64,000 nt of DNA from an uncultured Chloroflexia bacterium. GTDB taxonomy: Bacteria; Chloroflexota; Limnocylindria; Limnocylindrales; CSP1-4. Numbering within the stretch: the stretch's first letter is position 1; the number at the start of each line of letters is the position of its first letter. Positions 18,681-29,070 of the stretch are shown one piece after another. Location: positions 64,332 to 128,331 of the forward strand of contig CAVOJY010000007.1 in assembly GCA_963696405.1 (NCBI GenBank), read 5' to 3'. Below the pieces are notes generated by a model. It had not been told where the DNA came from, did not search any database, and was given only the letters and a program-made list of their open reading frames with translations. Both the position numbers and the translations under genes were made by a program.

Positions 18681-19697
18681 ATGCCTGTGTCCATCGACCT
18701 CGGCGGGTTCGGCTCGCTCGGTACCTTTGGGTCCCACACTGGAACGGCCCCGTCTCCGTTCGACGCCCTCAATGGGCCCCGGCTCGCTGGACCGCAGGGG
18801 AGCCATCCGCTGCATTCGGTCCGCGCCGAGGAGCTCGTCCGGGCGGTGGGCGGCGCGGTCACCGGCGAGATCATCGTTGACCACCCGGTCATGGTTGGCG
18901 AGGGGATCACCGGGACGATCCGGCTGGTCGCCGTTGATCGGGTGGCCGCCCGGGGGGCCGCGCTCCGCCTCGTGGGCCTGCGTCTCGACGAGGTTCCTCG
19001 CTCGGAGGAGGACCGCGACTCAGACGGCCACGTCACGCGCTCCGAGTACTGGGTCGAGACCCAGGGCAAGCTCTTTGTCCAGGACGCTTTCACCGAGCCG
19101 GCCATCCCCGCGAGTCTCGAGCCGGGCGTGGCCTGGGAAGGTGGGTTTGCCATCCCGGCCCCGCCCCTCGGGCCACCATCGGCCCACCTGGGCGAGGCGA
19201 TCATTGCCTGGGCGCTGGAGGTCCGCTGGGACATCGCCCACGGCGCCGACCACTTCGTGGCGACCTACCTCCCGGTCGCCCAGCACCCCGACCTCCTCCG
19301 TGCCGGGGTCGGCAAGCAGGGTGGAATGAGCCTGATGGACATCGTGCCCGTGGACGGCGCGACGATCTCCGTGACCTCGCCGCTGCCCGCCCCGGCCGGT
19401 TCGGAGATGGTCGTGCGGGTCGCATGGCCGTCCGCTCCCGGTGGCGGACGGGCCGCGCGGATCGAGCTCCACCGCCGCACCAACGCGCCGAACGGTGCAG
19501 AAGGGATCATCGCGTCGGCGACCATCGATTCAGGGCTCCTGCCGAGTGGGGCGGCCGAGGCCCGTCTCCTGGTGCCGGCCGGGTCGGCTCCGTCGTTCGA
19601 CGGGGCGGGCCTCGAGATCAACTATGTGATCCGGGCCCTTGTCGATCGGCGCTTCCGGTCGGATGCAGCCATCGAGCGCCCGGTGGCCATCGTCTGA
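18681..19697 (+). CDS. hypothetical protein (338 aa), possibly an arrestin/Spo0M-like fold
   Basis: GAGAGGAG RBS. High GC3. No motif that I can name with certainty. Confidence 0.55.
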   Translation: MPVSIDLGGFGSLGTFGSHTGTAPSPFDALNGPRLAGPQGSHPLHSVRAEELVRAVGGAVTGEIIVDHPVMVGEGITGTIRLVAVDRVAARGAALRLVGLRLDEVPRSEEDRDSDGHVTRSEYWVETQGKLFVQDAFTEPAIPASLEPGVAWEGGFAIPAPPLGPPSAHLGEAIIAWALEVRWDIAHGADHFVATYLPVAQHPDLLRAGVGKQGGMSLMDIVPVDGATISVTSPLPAPAGSEMVVRVAWPSAPGGGRAARIELHRRTNAPNGAEGIIASATIDSGLLPSGAAEARLLVPAGSAPSFDGAGLEINYVIRALVDRRFRSDAAIERPVAIV

Positions 19698-19715
19698 CCC
19701 GGTCGCGCCGCGGCC

Positions 19716-20123
19716 CTAGCGAAACGGATCGACCACCAGGACCCCGTCGAAGTCCTGCCCGTGCTGAAGGTCCTCCGAGCACAGCGTGTCGCACGAAAGA
19801 GAGCGGGCGGCCTCGACGATTGCGGCGTCCCAGTAGTTGATCTGCCAGCGGGCCCTGGTGACGAGCGCCGCCTGCATGAGGGGCACGGTCATCTCCTGCA
19901 CTGGGAACCGGAGCAGGGCGTTCATCAACGCCACGGCCGCGTCGTGGGCGACTGGCGCCGCCGCGGACGAGCGCGTGGCCTGCACGTAGAACTCCTGCAG
20001 TACCTGCACGGAGAGCGCCAGGTCCGGCTCGTTCAGGAGCGCCGCCGCTCGGTCCGCCTTGGCTGCTTCCTCCGGATCAGAGCTGATCGCGTAGAGCAGG
20101 ACGTTCGTGTCAACGAAGCGCAT
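19716..20123 (-). CDS. vapC: PIN-domain toxin VapC
   Basis: MRFVDTNVLLYA...D...E...D acidic quartet pattern. Overlaps the upstream antitoxin gene. Confidence 0.8.
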   Translation of the reverse strand: MRFVDTNVLLYAISSDPEEAAKADRAAALLNEPDLALSVQVLQEFYVQATRSSAAAPVAHDAAVALMNALLRFPVQEMTVPLMQAALVTRARWQINYWDAAIVEAARSLSCDTLCSEDLQHGQDFDGVLVVDPFR

Positions 20124-20382
20124 GGCGCTCGTGGACCTCATCGCGCGTCATGCGCGCGGCGGCGGAGTGGCCCGCGTGGTCGGCGCGAATCCGGGCGATT
20201 GCCTGGTTCTGATCGCGCTGCATGCGCTCGAACCCGGGCTCTTCCTCGGTCATCCGGACGAGGTACTCGCGCACGAGTGCCGACAGCGACCGCCGCTTCT
20301 CGGCCGCCCTGACCCGGGCACGGTGGTACAGCTCGTCATTCACGGATACTGTGATGTTCTTCACGTATTCACAGTAACGCAA
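20110..20382 (-). CDS. vapB: ribbon-helix-helix antitoxin VapB (start uncertain: TTG 20382 or GTG 20364)
   Basis: ITVSVNDELYHRARVRAAEKRRSLSALVREYL is a typical RHH antitoxin. 14-nt overlap with vapC. Confidence 0.65.
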   Translation of the reverse strand: MRYCEYVKNITVSVNDELYHRARVRAAEKRRSLSALVREYLVRMTEEEPGFERMQRDQNQAIARIRADHAGHSAAARMTRDEVHERHALR

Positions 20383-20415
20383 ACCTGGCGGCCCGGCAAG
20401 CGGCGCCGGCGCAGT

Positions 20416-21669
20416 TCAGACGTGGCCAAGGCTGACGTGGCGTGTCTCGGGCAGGAACGCGATGCAGGGGAGGGCGAGCAGCGCCGAGGCCGCCGCCACG
20501 ATCAGCGCCCCCTGCAGGCCGATGAGCTCCGCCAGCGCCCCCACGAGGACGGTGCCCAGGGCCCCCGCGACCATTGTCACGAAACTGTTGAGCGCGACTG
20601 CGACGCTCCGGTTGTCGGGCAGCAGCTCCTGCATCATCACGAGCTGCACCGGTCCGGCGCTCAGGAACACGAGGCCGGCCAGGGCGAAGGCCGCGAGCTG
20701 GATGGGGGCGGGAGGCGTCAGCAGGGCGAGCGCGAGGAGTGGCGCGCCGATGCCTGCGCTGGCCGCGAGCACCGTCCGCCGCCCGAGCCGGTCGGAGAGG
20801 GTGCCGCCGACGAACGCACCCGCCGCCGCGCCGAGCCCGAACGAGGTCAACGCCGCGCCGGCGAAGAGGATGTCGGCGCCTTCACCCACGAGGTAGGTGG
20901 GACCGAAGACCAGGAGGGTCGCGGTGGCGGTCGCGACGAGCGCACCCGCGGCCGCGAGGAGGAGGAAGCCGCGCTGGACGACCGAGAACGCCCGACGCAG
21001 GGGGGTGGTCGCATAGCGGACCTGCAGGCCCGGCCTCCTGGCAAACAACCAGAAGAGGCCGAGGGAGGTGACGAGGCCGGGCGCGACGACCACCCAGCTC
21101 CAGCCGAGTCCGACCGTGGCCAGCACGGCGGCCATCGCGAACGGGCCCACGGCACGGGCGAGCTCTCCGCCGGTCATGAAGTACGACGTCGCTCGCCCCC
21201 ACTGGCTGCCGGCCGCCCTCGTCACCCAGGCGCCGGCCGGCGGGTGGAAGACCGATGAGCTCAGGCCGACGATCGCCAGCAGCGCCGCAACCGCGAGAGG
21301 TGAAGGGGCAATCCCGAGCAGGCTGATGGCCAGCGCGGTCACCGCCGGCGGCAGGATGACCCAGTAGCGGGTGTCCACGCGGTCGGCTACCCATCCCAGC
21401 ACGGGCTGCACGATCGTCGCCCAGCGGAGCGTGGACGCGAGAAGCCCGGCCGTTACCAGGCTGATGCCCAGCTTCGGGATGAGCAGGGGCAGAAGCACGC
21501 CGATGAATGCGGGGTACACATCGTGCACGAAATGCGCCCCTGACACCGCGAGGATGGTGGTCGTGTCGAAGGCCCCCCGCTGGACGGCATTCGCGGCCCC
21601 GATCTCCCGGGGTCCGGTTGCCTCGACGAAGGAGGGCGCGGCGGCGACGGCAGGCTCGGATTCGATCAC
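20416..21669 (-). CDS. MFS transporter
   Basis: Twelve TM segments. D-R-x-G-R-R motif (SDRLGRRTV). Confidence 0.85.
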   Translation of the reverse strand: MIESEPAVAAAPSFVEATGPREIGAANAVQRGAFDTTTILAVSGAHFVHDVYPAFIGVLLPLLIPKLGISLVTAGLLASTLRWATIVQPVLGWVADRVDTRYWVILPPAVTALAISLLGIAPSPLAVAALLAIVGLSSSVFHPPAGAWVTRAAGSQWGRATSYFMTGGELARAVGPFAMAAVLATVGLGWSWVVVAPGLVTSLGLFWLFARRPGLQVRYATTPLRRAFSVVQRGFLLLAAAGALVATATATLLVFGPTYLVGEGADILFAGAALTSFGLGAAAGAFVGGTLSDRLGRRTVLAASAGIGAPLLALALLTPPAPIQLAAFALAGLVFLSAGPVQLVMMQELLPDNRSVAVALNSFVTMVAGALGTVLVGALAELIGLQGALIVAAASALLALPCIAFLPETRHVSLGHV

Positions 21670-21751
21670 TCGGTCGCACTCCAGGCGCCAGGACGGGCGC
21701 AGCCCGGCTCACCCCTGGTCATGTCATGCTGTGGGCGGAAGGAGTGAGCAC

Positions 21752-22102
21752 GTGAAGATTACCGGTCTCGACGCGGTGGAGCAGGTCGAGGTGACCCTGG
21801 AGGGAGCCCGCAACGTCCGCAAGCAGATTCCCATTGGCGCAGCCGACGGGACGCCGAACCTGTCGGTGCGCGTGTTCACCATCGAGCCCGACGGTCACAC
21901 TCCCTATCACCGCCACGCCTTCGAGCACCTGAACTACGTCGTCCGTGGCACCGGGGCCATCGTCACCGAGACCGGCGAGGAACGGCCCGTCAGGGAAGGG
22001 GACTTCGCCCTCGTTCTCCCGGACGAGCTGCATCGCTACCGGAACACCTCTGACAGCGAACCCTTCGTCATGATCTGCGCAGTGCCCAAGGAGTACGAGT
22101 AG
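21752..22102 (+). CDS. cupin-domain protein
   Basis: GTG start with GGAAGGAG RBS. Cupin motifs HTPYHRHAFEH...GDFALVLPDELHRYRN. Confidence 0.75.
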   Translation: MKITGLDAVEQVEVTLEGARNVRKQIPIGAADGTPNLSVRVFTIEPDGHTPYHRHAFEHLNYVVRGTGAIVTETGEERPVREGDFALVLPDELHRYRNTSDSEPFVMICAVPKEYE

Positions 22103-22125
22103 CTCGGGCGTATGGCCGAGGCCTC

Positions 22126-22214
22126 TTGACATGTCAATACCCCGTGGGGGTATTCAGAGCAGCGCGAATGGTGTATGATTTCGCTCACAGGGCCGTGTCA
22201 AGACTTGACACGGC
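22126..22214. promoter_or_regulatory. cluster of perfect palindromes built from TTGACA/TGTCAA half-sites upstream of dnaG
   Basis: 12-bp palindrome TTGACATGTCAA (22126-22137). Hairpin AATACCCC-gtg-GGGGTATT (22136-22154). 23-bp perfect palindrome gccgTGTCAAGaCTTGACAcggc (22192-22214). Confidence 0.3.
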
Positions 22215-22438
22215 AATGCCTGTGTCCGGCGCCCGGCGCGCCTGAGGCGTTCGCCTTGTCGGACGACGGGTGACCAGGACCCGGCGAGATCCGGGGACGT
22301 ATCAGAGTCATGAGAGACGACCGCGGGCGGCGAGGCGAGGTGGCCGCTGCGGAACGTGAGCGAGGTCGGGCGCGTCCCCCGGCCGAGTCGGGGCGCTGAA
22401 GCTCCGGATCGGGCCCACCAGGACCCACCACGCGAGGA

Positions 22439-24523
22439 TTGTCCTTGTCGATCGGCGTCACCGCCGAGATCAAGTCGAAGCTCGACATCGTCGAGATCGT
22501 CGGCGAGAGCGTCCCCCTCAAGAAGGCGGGAACGACATTCAAGGGGCTCTGCCCGTTCCACGGCGAGCGGACGCCCTCGTTCGTGGTCACCCCTGCGCGG
22601 GAGAGCTGGCACTGCTTCGGCTGCGGCCTGGGCGGCGACGTCTTCAGCTTCGTCATGCAGCGCGAGGGGGTCGACTTCCCGGAGGCGTTGCGCCGGCTGG
22701 CCGCGAGGGCGGGGGTCGAGCTGGATGAGCGGACGAGCCGCGAGGACGCCCGGAAGAAGCGTCTGCGCGAGGTGATGGAGGCGGCGATCGCGTTCTACCA
22801 CCAGGTGCTCACCGCGAGCCGGCACGGGCAGCCCGCGCTCGACTACCTGCGGGGGAGGGGGCTCACCGACAAGACGATCGAGACGTTCCGCCTGGGCTGG
22901 GCGCCGGATGCCTGGGACCCGCTCACCCGCGCGCTCACCCGCAAGCGCGATGTGCGCGAGGACGAGCTGGAGGCGGCGGGCCTGGCAGTCCGCGGGCGGC
23001 GCCAGGGCGTCTACGACCGGTTCCGCGGCCGGATCATCTTCCCCATTCGCGACGCGTCCGGCAACGCCACCGGGATGGGCGGCCGGTTGCTGCCCGGGGC
23101 CGGGGTTGCCGGCCGCACTGGGGCGGGCGGAGCCGACAAGGACGGCGACGCAGATCGCGGCCCCAAGTACCTCAACTCTCCCGCGACCCCCCTCTTCGAC
23201 AAGAGCCGCACCCTCTACCTCATCGACCGGGCGAAGGGCCCCATGCGCCGGTCCAAGCAGGCGGTCATCGTCGAGGGCTACACGGATGCCCTCATGGCCC
23301 ACCAGGAGGGGTTCGAGAACGTCGTCGCCGGCCTCGGCACCGCGCTCACCGCCGGACAGGTCGAGCTGGTCACCCGCTACGCTCCGTCGATCGCGCTCGC
23401 GTACGACGTGGACCCGGCTGGGCAGAGCGCGGGCACCTTCGGCGCCACCGAGCTGAGCGCGCTCATCGGGGAGATCGGGCGGAGCGGCGCCAAGGTGGGC
23501 ATCGCCGACGTCGGCGTCGTCCGCCTCCCCGAGGGCAAGGACCCCGACGAGGTCATCCGCGAGGACCGAGCCGCGTGGGAGGCGGCGGTCGCCGAGCCCC
23601 AGGGCATCGTGGACTACCTGATCGACTACTACGCCGGTCGTCACGACGTGCGCACGCCGCAGGGACGAAAGCGCCTCGTCGCGGCGATGGTGCCGACGCT
23701 GCGCGTCATTGGAGACCCCACGGTCCGCGACTACTACATGCAGCGCCTGGCGAACCGCAGTGGCATCGAAGTCCGTGTGCTGCGCGAGGAGATGGCCCGG
23801 CCGGCGTCCGTCGGTGGGCGCGGGGCGGGGCGAGGGGAGGGCGAACACGCCGGTTCGCGGATCACCGCCGACGCCGTGCTCGCCGCGCGCGATTCGGTGG
23901 ACCCGGAGACCGCGCTGCGCGCCATCGACCCGATCGAGCAGACGCTTCTGCGACTCCTCCTGCGCTACCCGGAGCAGCAGCAGCGCCTCGAGAAGGAGCT
24001 GGCGCCCGAGCAGCTCCTCACAACCCCGGCCCGCGAGCTGTGGACACGGCTCCTGGCGGATCGAGCCGCGGTGGCCCCCGGCTCGTCCGGCTCCTTCGAC
24101 CTGGCGGGCTTCGTCCGCGGCCTCGACCCGGAGCTGGGGATCCTCGCCCGTGCCCTTGTCACGCGCGAGGACGCGCCTGTTCCGGAACACCTCATCGGCC
24201 AGGGCGTCGACCAGTGCCTCGTCAGGCTCGATCAGCGCCGCCTCGCCGAGCACGTGGATTTCGTCCGCGCGGAGCTCGCCGAGGCCGAGGCGCGACACGA
24301 CACCGGCGCCCACGATTCGCTCGTCGACCAGATTCGCACCCTCGAGCAGCAGCGAGCCGAGCTGGACCGCCGTGCGGCATCCATCACGGTCCTCACCCGC
24401 ATCTCCCCCGCGCCGATCCCGTCTTCAAACGCGGACCCATCCGGACCCGCGGCCCCGTCCGCACCCGGGGACGCGTCTGCACTCCCAGCCTCGCCCGCCC
24501 CAGCCCCAGGAGGCCATCCGTGA
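22439..24523 (+). CDS. dnaG: DNA primase
   Basis: TTG start. Zinc finger [11 protein letters not shown]...WHCFGCG. TOPRIM domain ([13 protein letters not shown]...DVDPAG). Confidence 0.9.
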   Translation: MSLSIGVTAEIKSKLDIVEIVGESVPLKKAGTTFKGLCPFHGERTPSFVVTPARESWHCFGCGLGGDVFSFVMQREGVDFPEALRRLAARAGVELDERTSREDARKKRLREVMEAAIAFYHQVLTASRHGQPALDYLRGRGLTDKTIETFRLGWAPDAWDPLTRALTRKRDVREDELEAAGLAVRGRRQGVYDRFRGRIIFPIRDASGNATGMGGRLLPGAGVAGRTGAGGADKDGDADRGPKYLNSPATPLFDKSRTLYLIDRAKGPMRRSKQAVIVEGYTDALMAHQEGFENVVAGLGTALTAGQVELVTRYAPSIALAYDVDPAGQSAGTFGATELSALIGEIGRSGAKVGIADVGVVRLPEGKDPDEVIREDRAAWEAAVAEPQGIVDYLIDYYAGRHDVRTPQGRKRLVAAMVPTLRVIGDPTVRDYYMQRLANRSGIEVRVLREEMARPASVGGRGAGRGEGEHAGSRITADAVLAARDSVDPETALRAIDPIEQTLLRLLLRYPEQQQRLEKELAPEQLLTTPARELWTRLLADRAAVAPGSSGSFDLAGFVRGLDPELGILARALVTREDAPVPEHLIGQGVDQCLVRLDQRRLAEHVDFVRAELAEAEARHDTGAHDSLVDQIRTLEQQRAELDRRAASITVLTRISPAPIPSSNADPSGPAAPSAPGDASALPASPAPAPGGHP

Positions 24524-26166
24524 CCGACCCCGGCGACAAGAACCTCGTCGCGTCCGTCCTCGAGCGCGACAAGCGCCAGCCCGCCTACGAGGACGGCTTC
24601 ATCGGCCCGAAAGAAGAGGGCGAAGAGGACGTCGTCCATGCCCCGGAGATCGCCCCCGCCGAGCTAGGCGTTGACGTCGCCGTCGAGGACGCCGGCGGCT
24701 GGCCGGAACCGCCCGCCAAACTCACCGTCGAGGAAGCCGACGAACCTACCCCGGAGGAGATCGAGGCCCTCACGGCCGACATGATCGGGATCGACGACCC
24801 GGTCCGCATGTACCTCAAGGAGATCGGCAAGGTCCCGCTCCTGACCGCGGAAGAGGAGGTCGTTCTCGCCAAGGCCATCGAGCTCGGCGAGCAGATCGCC
24901 GAGGAACCCTGGAAGGGGATCCTCCAGCTCTACGAGTGGACCAGGAACGACACCGAGCGTGTCACCCGGACAAAACGCCCGCAGCACCGCCTGCCGTACG
25001 GCCCGGACGCGGAGCGAATCGTGGTCGCCGCGTTCATCCAGGCCGAGGCGGACGGCTCCCTGAGCGTGGTGCCCGACCTCCATCTCGTGCGGGCCCAGCG
25101 CGAGGCGACGGGGGAGGGGACCAAGGGCCTCCTCCGGGAAGCCAAGCACAAGGTCGCCGACTACAACGCGGCGGCCGATGCGGCCAAGTTCACGAGCCTC
25201 GTGGATTTCGCCTTCGTGGCCGTCCACAACGGCGACCTGGAGTCCCGCGACAACCCAGGCCTGCGAGCGCTCTACGACTGGTCGCGAGAGGTGGGCCACG
25301 AGTTCCTGCGCCGGTGGATCGGCGCCGAGAACGATGCTGAGCTCCTGCGCGAGATGGGTTGGGACCCGGCCGTGCCGGTGGGCACCAAGCTGCGCGACCG
25401 GCGGGGGACGCTCGTCCGGATGGGACGCGACGCGCGCGAGCAGCTGACGTCCGCCAACCTGCGACTTGTCGTGTCCATTGCCAAGAAGTACATCGGCCGC
25501 GGGATGAGCTTCCTCGACCTCATCCAGGAAGGCAACATCGGGCTCATCCGCGCGGTCGAGAAGTTCGACTACGAGAAGGGCTACAAGTTCTCCACTTACG
25601 CCACGTGGTGGATCAGACAGGCCATCACCCGAGCCATTGCGGACCAGGCCCGCACGATCCGCATTCCCGTGCACATGGTGGAGACGATCAACCGGCTCAT
25701 CCGCGTTTCCCGGGGTCTCCTCCAGGAGCTCGGCCGCGAGCCCACGGTCGAGGAGATCGCCGAGGCCATGTCGCGCGGCCAGGAGGTCCTGGTCACGCCG
25801 GACAAGGTCCGGGAGATCATCAAGGTCTCGCAGGAGCCCGTGTCGCTCGAGACGCCGATCGGCGAGGAGGAGGATTCGCACCTCGGCGACTTCATCGAGG
25901 ATCGAGCCGCCCTCGCGCCAGCGGAGGCGGCCTCGCATCAGCTGCTCAAGGAGCAGGTGGAGGCGGTGCTCGACTCGCTGACCGGCCGCGAGCGACGGGT
26001 GCTCCAGCTGCGCTTCGGCCTCGAGGACGGCCGCGCGCGGACCCTCGAAGAGGTGGGCAAGGAGTTCAACGTCACCAGGGAGCGCATCCGCCAGATCGAG
26101 GCGAAGGCGCTCCGCAAGCTCCGCCACCCCTCGCGCTCCCGCAAACTCAAGGACTACCTGGAATAG
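24520..26166 (+). CDS. rpoD: primary RNA polymerase sigma factor
   Basis: GTG start overlapping the dnaG stop (GTGA). Region 1.2 VRMYLKEIG, region 2 [18 protein letters not shown]...[13 protein letters not shown], region 3, and the region 4 HTH. About 190-aa insert between regions 1.2 and 2. Confidence 0.95.
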   Translation: MTDPGDKNLVASVLERDKRQPAYEDGFIGPKEEGEEDVVHAPEIAPAELGVDVAVEDAGGWPEPPAKLTVEEADEPTPEEIEALTADMIGIDDPVRMYLKEIGKVPLLTAEEEVVLAKAIELGEQIAEEPWKGILQLYEWTRNDTERVTRTKRPQHRLPYGPDAERIVVAAFIQAEADGSLSVVPDLHLVRAQREATGEGTKGLLREAKHKVADYNAAADAAKFTSLVDFAFVAVHNGDLESRDNPGLRALYDWSREVGHEFLRRWIGAENDAELLREMGWDPAVPVGTKLRDRRGTLVRMGRDAREQLTSANLRLVVSIAKKYIGRGMSFLDLIQEGNIGLIRAVEKFDYEKGYKFSTYATWWIRQAITRAIADQARTIRIPVHMVETINRLIRVSRGLLQELGREPTVEEIAEAMSRGQEVLVTPDKVREIIKVSQEPVSLETPIGEEEDSHLGDFIEDRAALAPAEAASHQLLKEQVEAVLDSLTGRERRVLQLRFGLEDGRARTLEEVGKEFNVTRERIRQIEAKALRKLRHPSRSRKLKDYLE

Positions 26167-26432
26167 CGCTGTGCGCGTGAATGCACCCACCTCGAGCCGC
26201 CACAGCCGCTCGGTGACCCAGGGCGCCCGGCGGTAGCGGGACTCGGGGGAGAGGCGGCCTCCGGCTCGAGCGTGATCTGCGAATGCACGCCCAAGCGGGC
26301 AGACCATCCCCGGACTTGCGTGAGGGGGAGGGGAAACGCATGAGCGATTTCGGCTCTTGACACCTGCCCGCGCGATGCAGCTCGACCGCCGGACACGGAG
26401 AGGCCACCGGGAGCCGGACGGGGGCAGGCGAG

Positions 26433-26460
26433 ACGCCACCCGGTCGTCCGGGTGGCGTCC
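26433..26460. terminator. GC-rich perfect hairpin (GACGCCACCCGG-tcgt-CCGGGTGGCGTC) between convergent rpoD and flp
   Basis: 12-bp stem and 4-nt loop, 27 nt beyond the flp stop and about 270 nt beyond the rpoD stop. No clear U-tract. Confidence 0.45.
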
Positions 26461-26486
26461 TCTGCTGCTCGTTGGTCGGGCGAAGA

Positions 26487-26652
26487 CTAGACCGACTGCC
26501 CGACCGTAGTGAGAAGGCCGCTGATCTGGCCGCCGAGGAAGATGAGCGCAACGATGGCGACGATGGCGATCAGCACCAGGATCAGTGCATATTCGGCGAG
26601 TCCCTGGCCCTCCTCGCGGTCGAAGAGCGACAGGATGTACTGAACGAGCACG
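26487..26652 (-). CDS. flp: Flp-family type IVb pilin, with an apparent 1-nt insertion just after the start
   Basis: ...LSLFDREEGQGLAEYALILVLIAIVAIVALIFLGG is a canonical Flp prepilin core. GTG at 26650-26652 with GGAAAGGGGG RBS is in frame only if one C of acCtg (26640-41) is removed. Confidence 0.6.
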
Positions 26653-26885
26653 ATTGGCTACCCCCTTTCCCCGAAGTCTCGATCCGCAGATCGGTCCTCG
26701 CAGTATCGACGGGGGTCCTGCGCCAGTCGACTGGGACGGCCTGCATCGAACCACACCAGACCGTACTCGCGAGGCGATTAGCGGTGCAGGCGTGCACCGC
26801 TCGGTAATGGGACCGCCGGGGCAGGCCGCAAACGATCCCGGACAGGCCGGTTGCCCCGGTTGGACGTGCGCGAGCGGCGCACCCG

Positions 26886-27611
26886 TCAGGGGAGGAGGAC
26901 GATCGCCCTGGCCGCGGTCGCGTCGTCGGGCGCGGTGACACCGAACGCCGTGTCGCCGCGGATGTAGAAGTACGCGCCGCCCTGGTCATCGGTCGAGGCG
27001 TTCTTGAAAACGTCGCGACCACCGAGGGACATCTGCTGGAGGTCCTCGCCGGCCTGTTGCGCGGAAGCCACGAAGACGCGCTTCATTGCGCCCTCGTCTG
27101 CCCCGGCCACGCGGACCGCGAGGAAGACGACGTCGCCGGTCTGGCTGGAGGCGCCCGCGATGCTGAGATCGGCAAGCGACTTTCCGACGCTCGCGAGGAC
27201 CTGGGCCGTCTCCTCGCTTTGTCCGGCCGCTTCTGCGCCGCTCATGCTGAACTTCATGAGCTTCGTCCCACCGTACTCGTTGGGCAGCAGAGCCTCGAGG
27301 TCCTTGGCGGTGGAGGGGAGCTGGAAGCTCGCGCCCGGGGCGTCGGACGGGGCGTCGGTGGCCTCGGCCGGGGATGCGTCGCTCATCGCGGGGCTCTCGA
27401 TTGCCTCGGTCGCCGGAGCCTCGGTGGCGGGCGCCGCGGACATGGCAGGCGCGGGCGTCGCGGCGGGGGCGGCCGTGGTTGCCGGCGAGGCCGTCGGCCC
27501 GGCGCTGGTGGGCGATGCGGCCGGCGTGCCCGACGACGAGCTGCCGCACGCCGCGACGACGAGTGCGAGCGAGGCCGCGACGAGGGCGACCCGCGCACGT
27601 GTGGGTGTCAT
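26886..27611 (-). CDS. lipoprotein with Ala/Pro/Thr-rich linker, unknown function
   Basis: GAAGGAG RBS. Signal peptide plus lipobox VAAC. Low-complexity linker followed by a globular C-terminal domain. Confidence 0.7.
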   Translation of the reverse strand: MTPTRARVALVAASLALVVAACGSSSSGTPAASPTSAGPTASPATTAAPAATPAPAMSAAPATEAPATEAIESPAMSDASPAEATDAPSDAPGASFQLPSTAKDLEALLPNEYGGTKLMKFSMSGAEAAGQSEETAQVLASVGKSLADLSIAGASSQTGDVVFLAVRVAGADEGAMKRVFVASAQQAGEDLQQMSLGGRDVFKNASTDDQGGAYFYIRGDTAFGVTAPDDATAARAIVLLP

Positions 27612-27831
27612 GAATGCTCCTTCGGTCTACGGCGGCGGGGTGACGGGACTGCGGCACGGACCGGTGTGCGCGACAAGCCGTCAGGAGGCTTCTTGCCGAC
27701 CCCCTGGGACCGGGCCATACAGCATATCATCGCCGGGCCGTATGGCCCTGCAGGCAACGCGAGCAAGGCGCAGAGAAGCACAGGGTCATGCCGCAGGTGG
27801 GTGCTCGGCTATACTGCCGGCGGGTTCGCGT

Positions 27832-27907
27832 TCCGGCGTAGCTCAGTCGGTAGAGCGGGCGGCTGTTAACCGCTTGGTCGCAGGTTCGAGTCCTGCCGCC
27901 GGAGCCA
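27832..27907 (+). tRNA. tRNA-Asn (anticodon GTT)
   Basis: Folded by hand. Acceptor TCCGGCG/CGCCGGA, D-arm GCTC-AGTCGGTA-GAGC, anticodon loop CTGTTAA, T-arm GCAGG-TTCGAGT-CCTGC, then CCA. Confidence 0.9.
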
Positions 27908-27932
27908 CCTTTCATGCGAGCAGTTCGGTGCC

Positions 27933-28691
27933 ATGCGCCGTGCACGAAGGCCATTGGGTTCGCGCTGGGGCCCGGTTCCCGCGGGCGCCTTGACCATTCG
28001 TGGGTGGGTCCTGGTGTGCGCCCTCACGGCCGTCGCCGCCGAAGCGGCCGGGTGCGGCCCGGTTGTCAGCCGCCCGGGTCCCGAGAGGGAGGGGTCCATG
28101 CCCGCCGGCTCGGTCATCCCGCTGCCCAGCCCGCGTCTCGATGGCCCGATGTCGCTCGAGGAGACCTTGGGCCGGCGCCGGTCCGTGCGCTTCTTCAGCT
28201 CGGACCCGGTGTCACGGGCGGATGTGTCGCAACTCCTCTGGGCGGCGCAGGGCATCACCGATCCGAGTGGCAAGCGGACGGCGCCGTCCGCAGGGGCGCT
28301 CTATCCCCTCGAGACGTACGCCGTGACGCCGGACGGCATCTACCACTACGATCCGGGTGCCCATGCCCTCGTCATCGTCCGGCCGGGAGACCACCGGCAG
28401 GAGCTCTACGACGCGGCGCTCATGATGGACTCCGTGCGCCGGGCGCCGCTGACGATCGCCCTGGCCGCCGTCTATGCCCGGACCGAGGGGCGCTACGGCC
28501 GCGACCGTGCTCCACGGTACGTGCACTTCGAGGCCGGTCACGCGGCCCAGGACATCCTTCTCCAGGCCGTGGCGCTCGGGCTTGGCGCGGTGCCGATCGG
28601 CGCCTTCCTGGACGACGAGGTCGGCGAGGTCCTGGGGTTGACGTCTGACCAGAGTCCGCTCTACCTGGTGTCAATCGGGCACCCGGAGTAG
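27933..28691 (+). CDS. nitroreductase-fold SagB/ThcOx-type dehydrogenase with N-terminal signal peptide and lipobox
   Basis: LEETLGRRRSVRFF, SAGALYPLE and YVHFEAGHAAQDILLQAVALGLG motifs. The N-terminus WVLVCALTAVAAEAAGC looks like a lipoprotein signal. Confidence 0.65.
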   Translation: MRRARRPLGSRWGPVPAGALTIRGWVLVCALTAVAAEAAGCGPVVSRPGPEREGSMPAGSVIPLPSPRLDGPMSLEETLGRRRSVRFFSSDPVSRADVSQLLWAAQGITDPSGKRTAPSAGALYPLETYAVTPDGIYHYDPGAHALVIVRPGDHRQELYDAALMMDSVRRAPLTIALAAVYARTEGRYGRDRAPRYVHFEAGHAAQDILLQAVALGLGAVPIGAFLDDEVGEVLGLTSDQSPLYLVSIGHPE

Positions 28692-29070
28692 GGAACCTGC
28701 CGGCGCGAGACGCCCGCAAATGGGGCCAGTCCAGCGCAAGACCCACGAGTCGGTTCGCCTCATCCGCAGCGGCCGCCCCACGAACCCCCCGGCGGCCGTC
28801 TTGGCGATCTCCCCAGCGGCTGCCGCGGCGCGGTACTGGGCCGCCGGCGGGCCTTCTCGGCAGTTCTCGATATACTCCCCCCGTTCCGACAGGAAGACTG
28901 CTGGAAACCGCGAGGGAGGGAATGAGCATCTCGCGCCGCCCTGATCAATATGCAGTCCAACGCCCAGCTCAGGGCCTGCTTTCAGGTGCCAATATCTGCT
29001 CGTCTGATATTCATCAGATCCTCGCGACGTCGTTTGTTGGCGCGCAGCCCGCCACCCGCGGGCCGGATCG

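Noticed and set aside
26167-26432. Repeated GAATGCAC and CTCGAGC words and a short ORF (MSDFGS) between rpoD and flp
   Set aside because: Too short and unstructured to support a gene or defined element. Probably untranslated 3' region.
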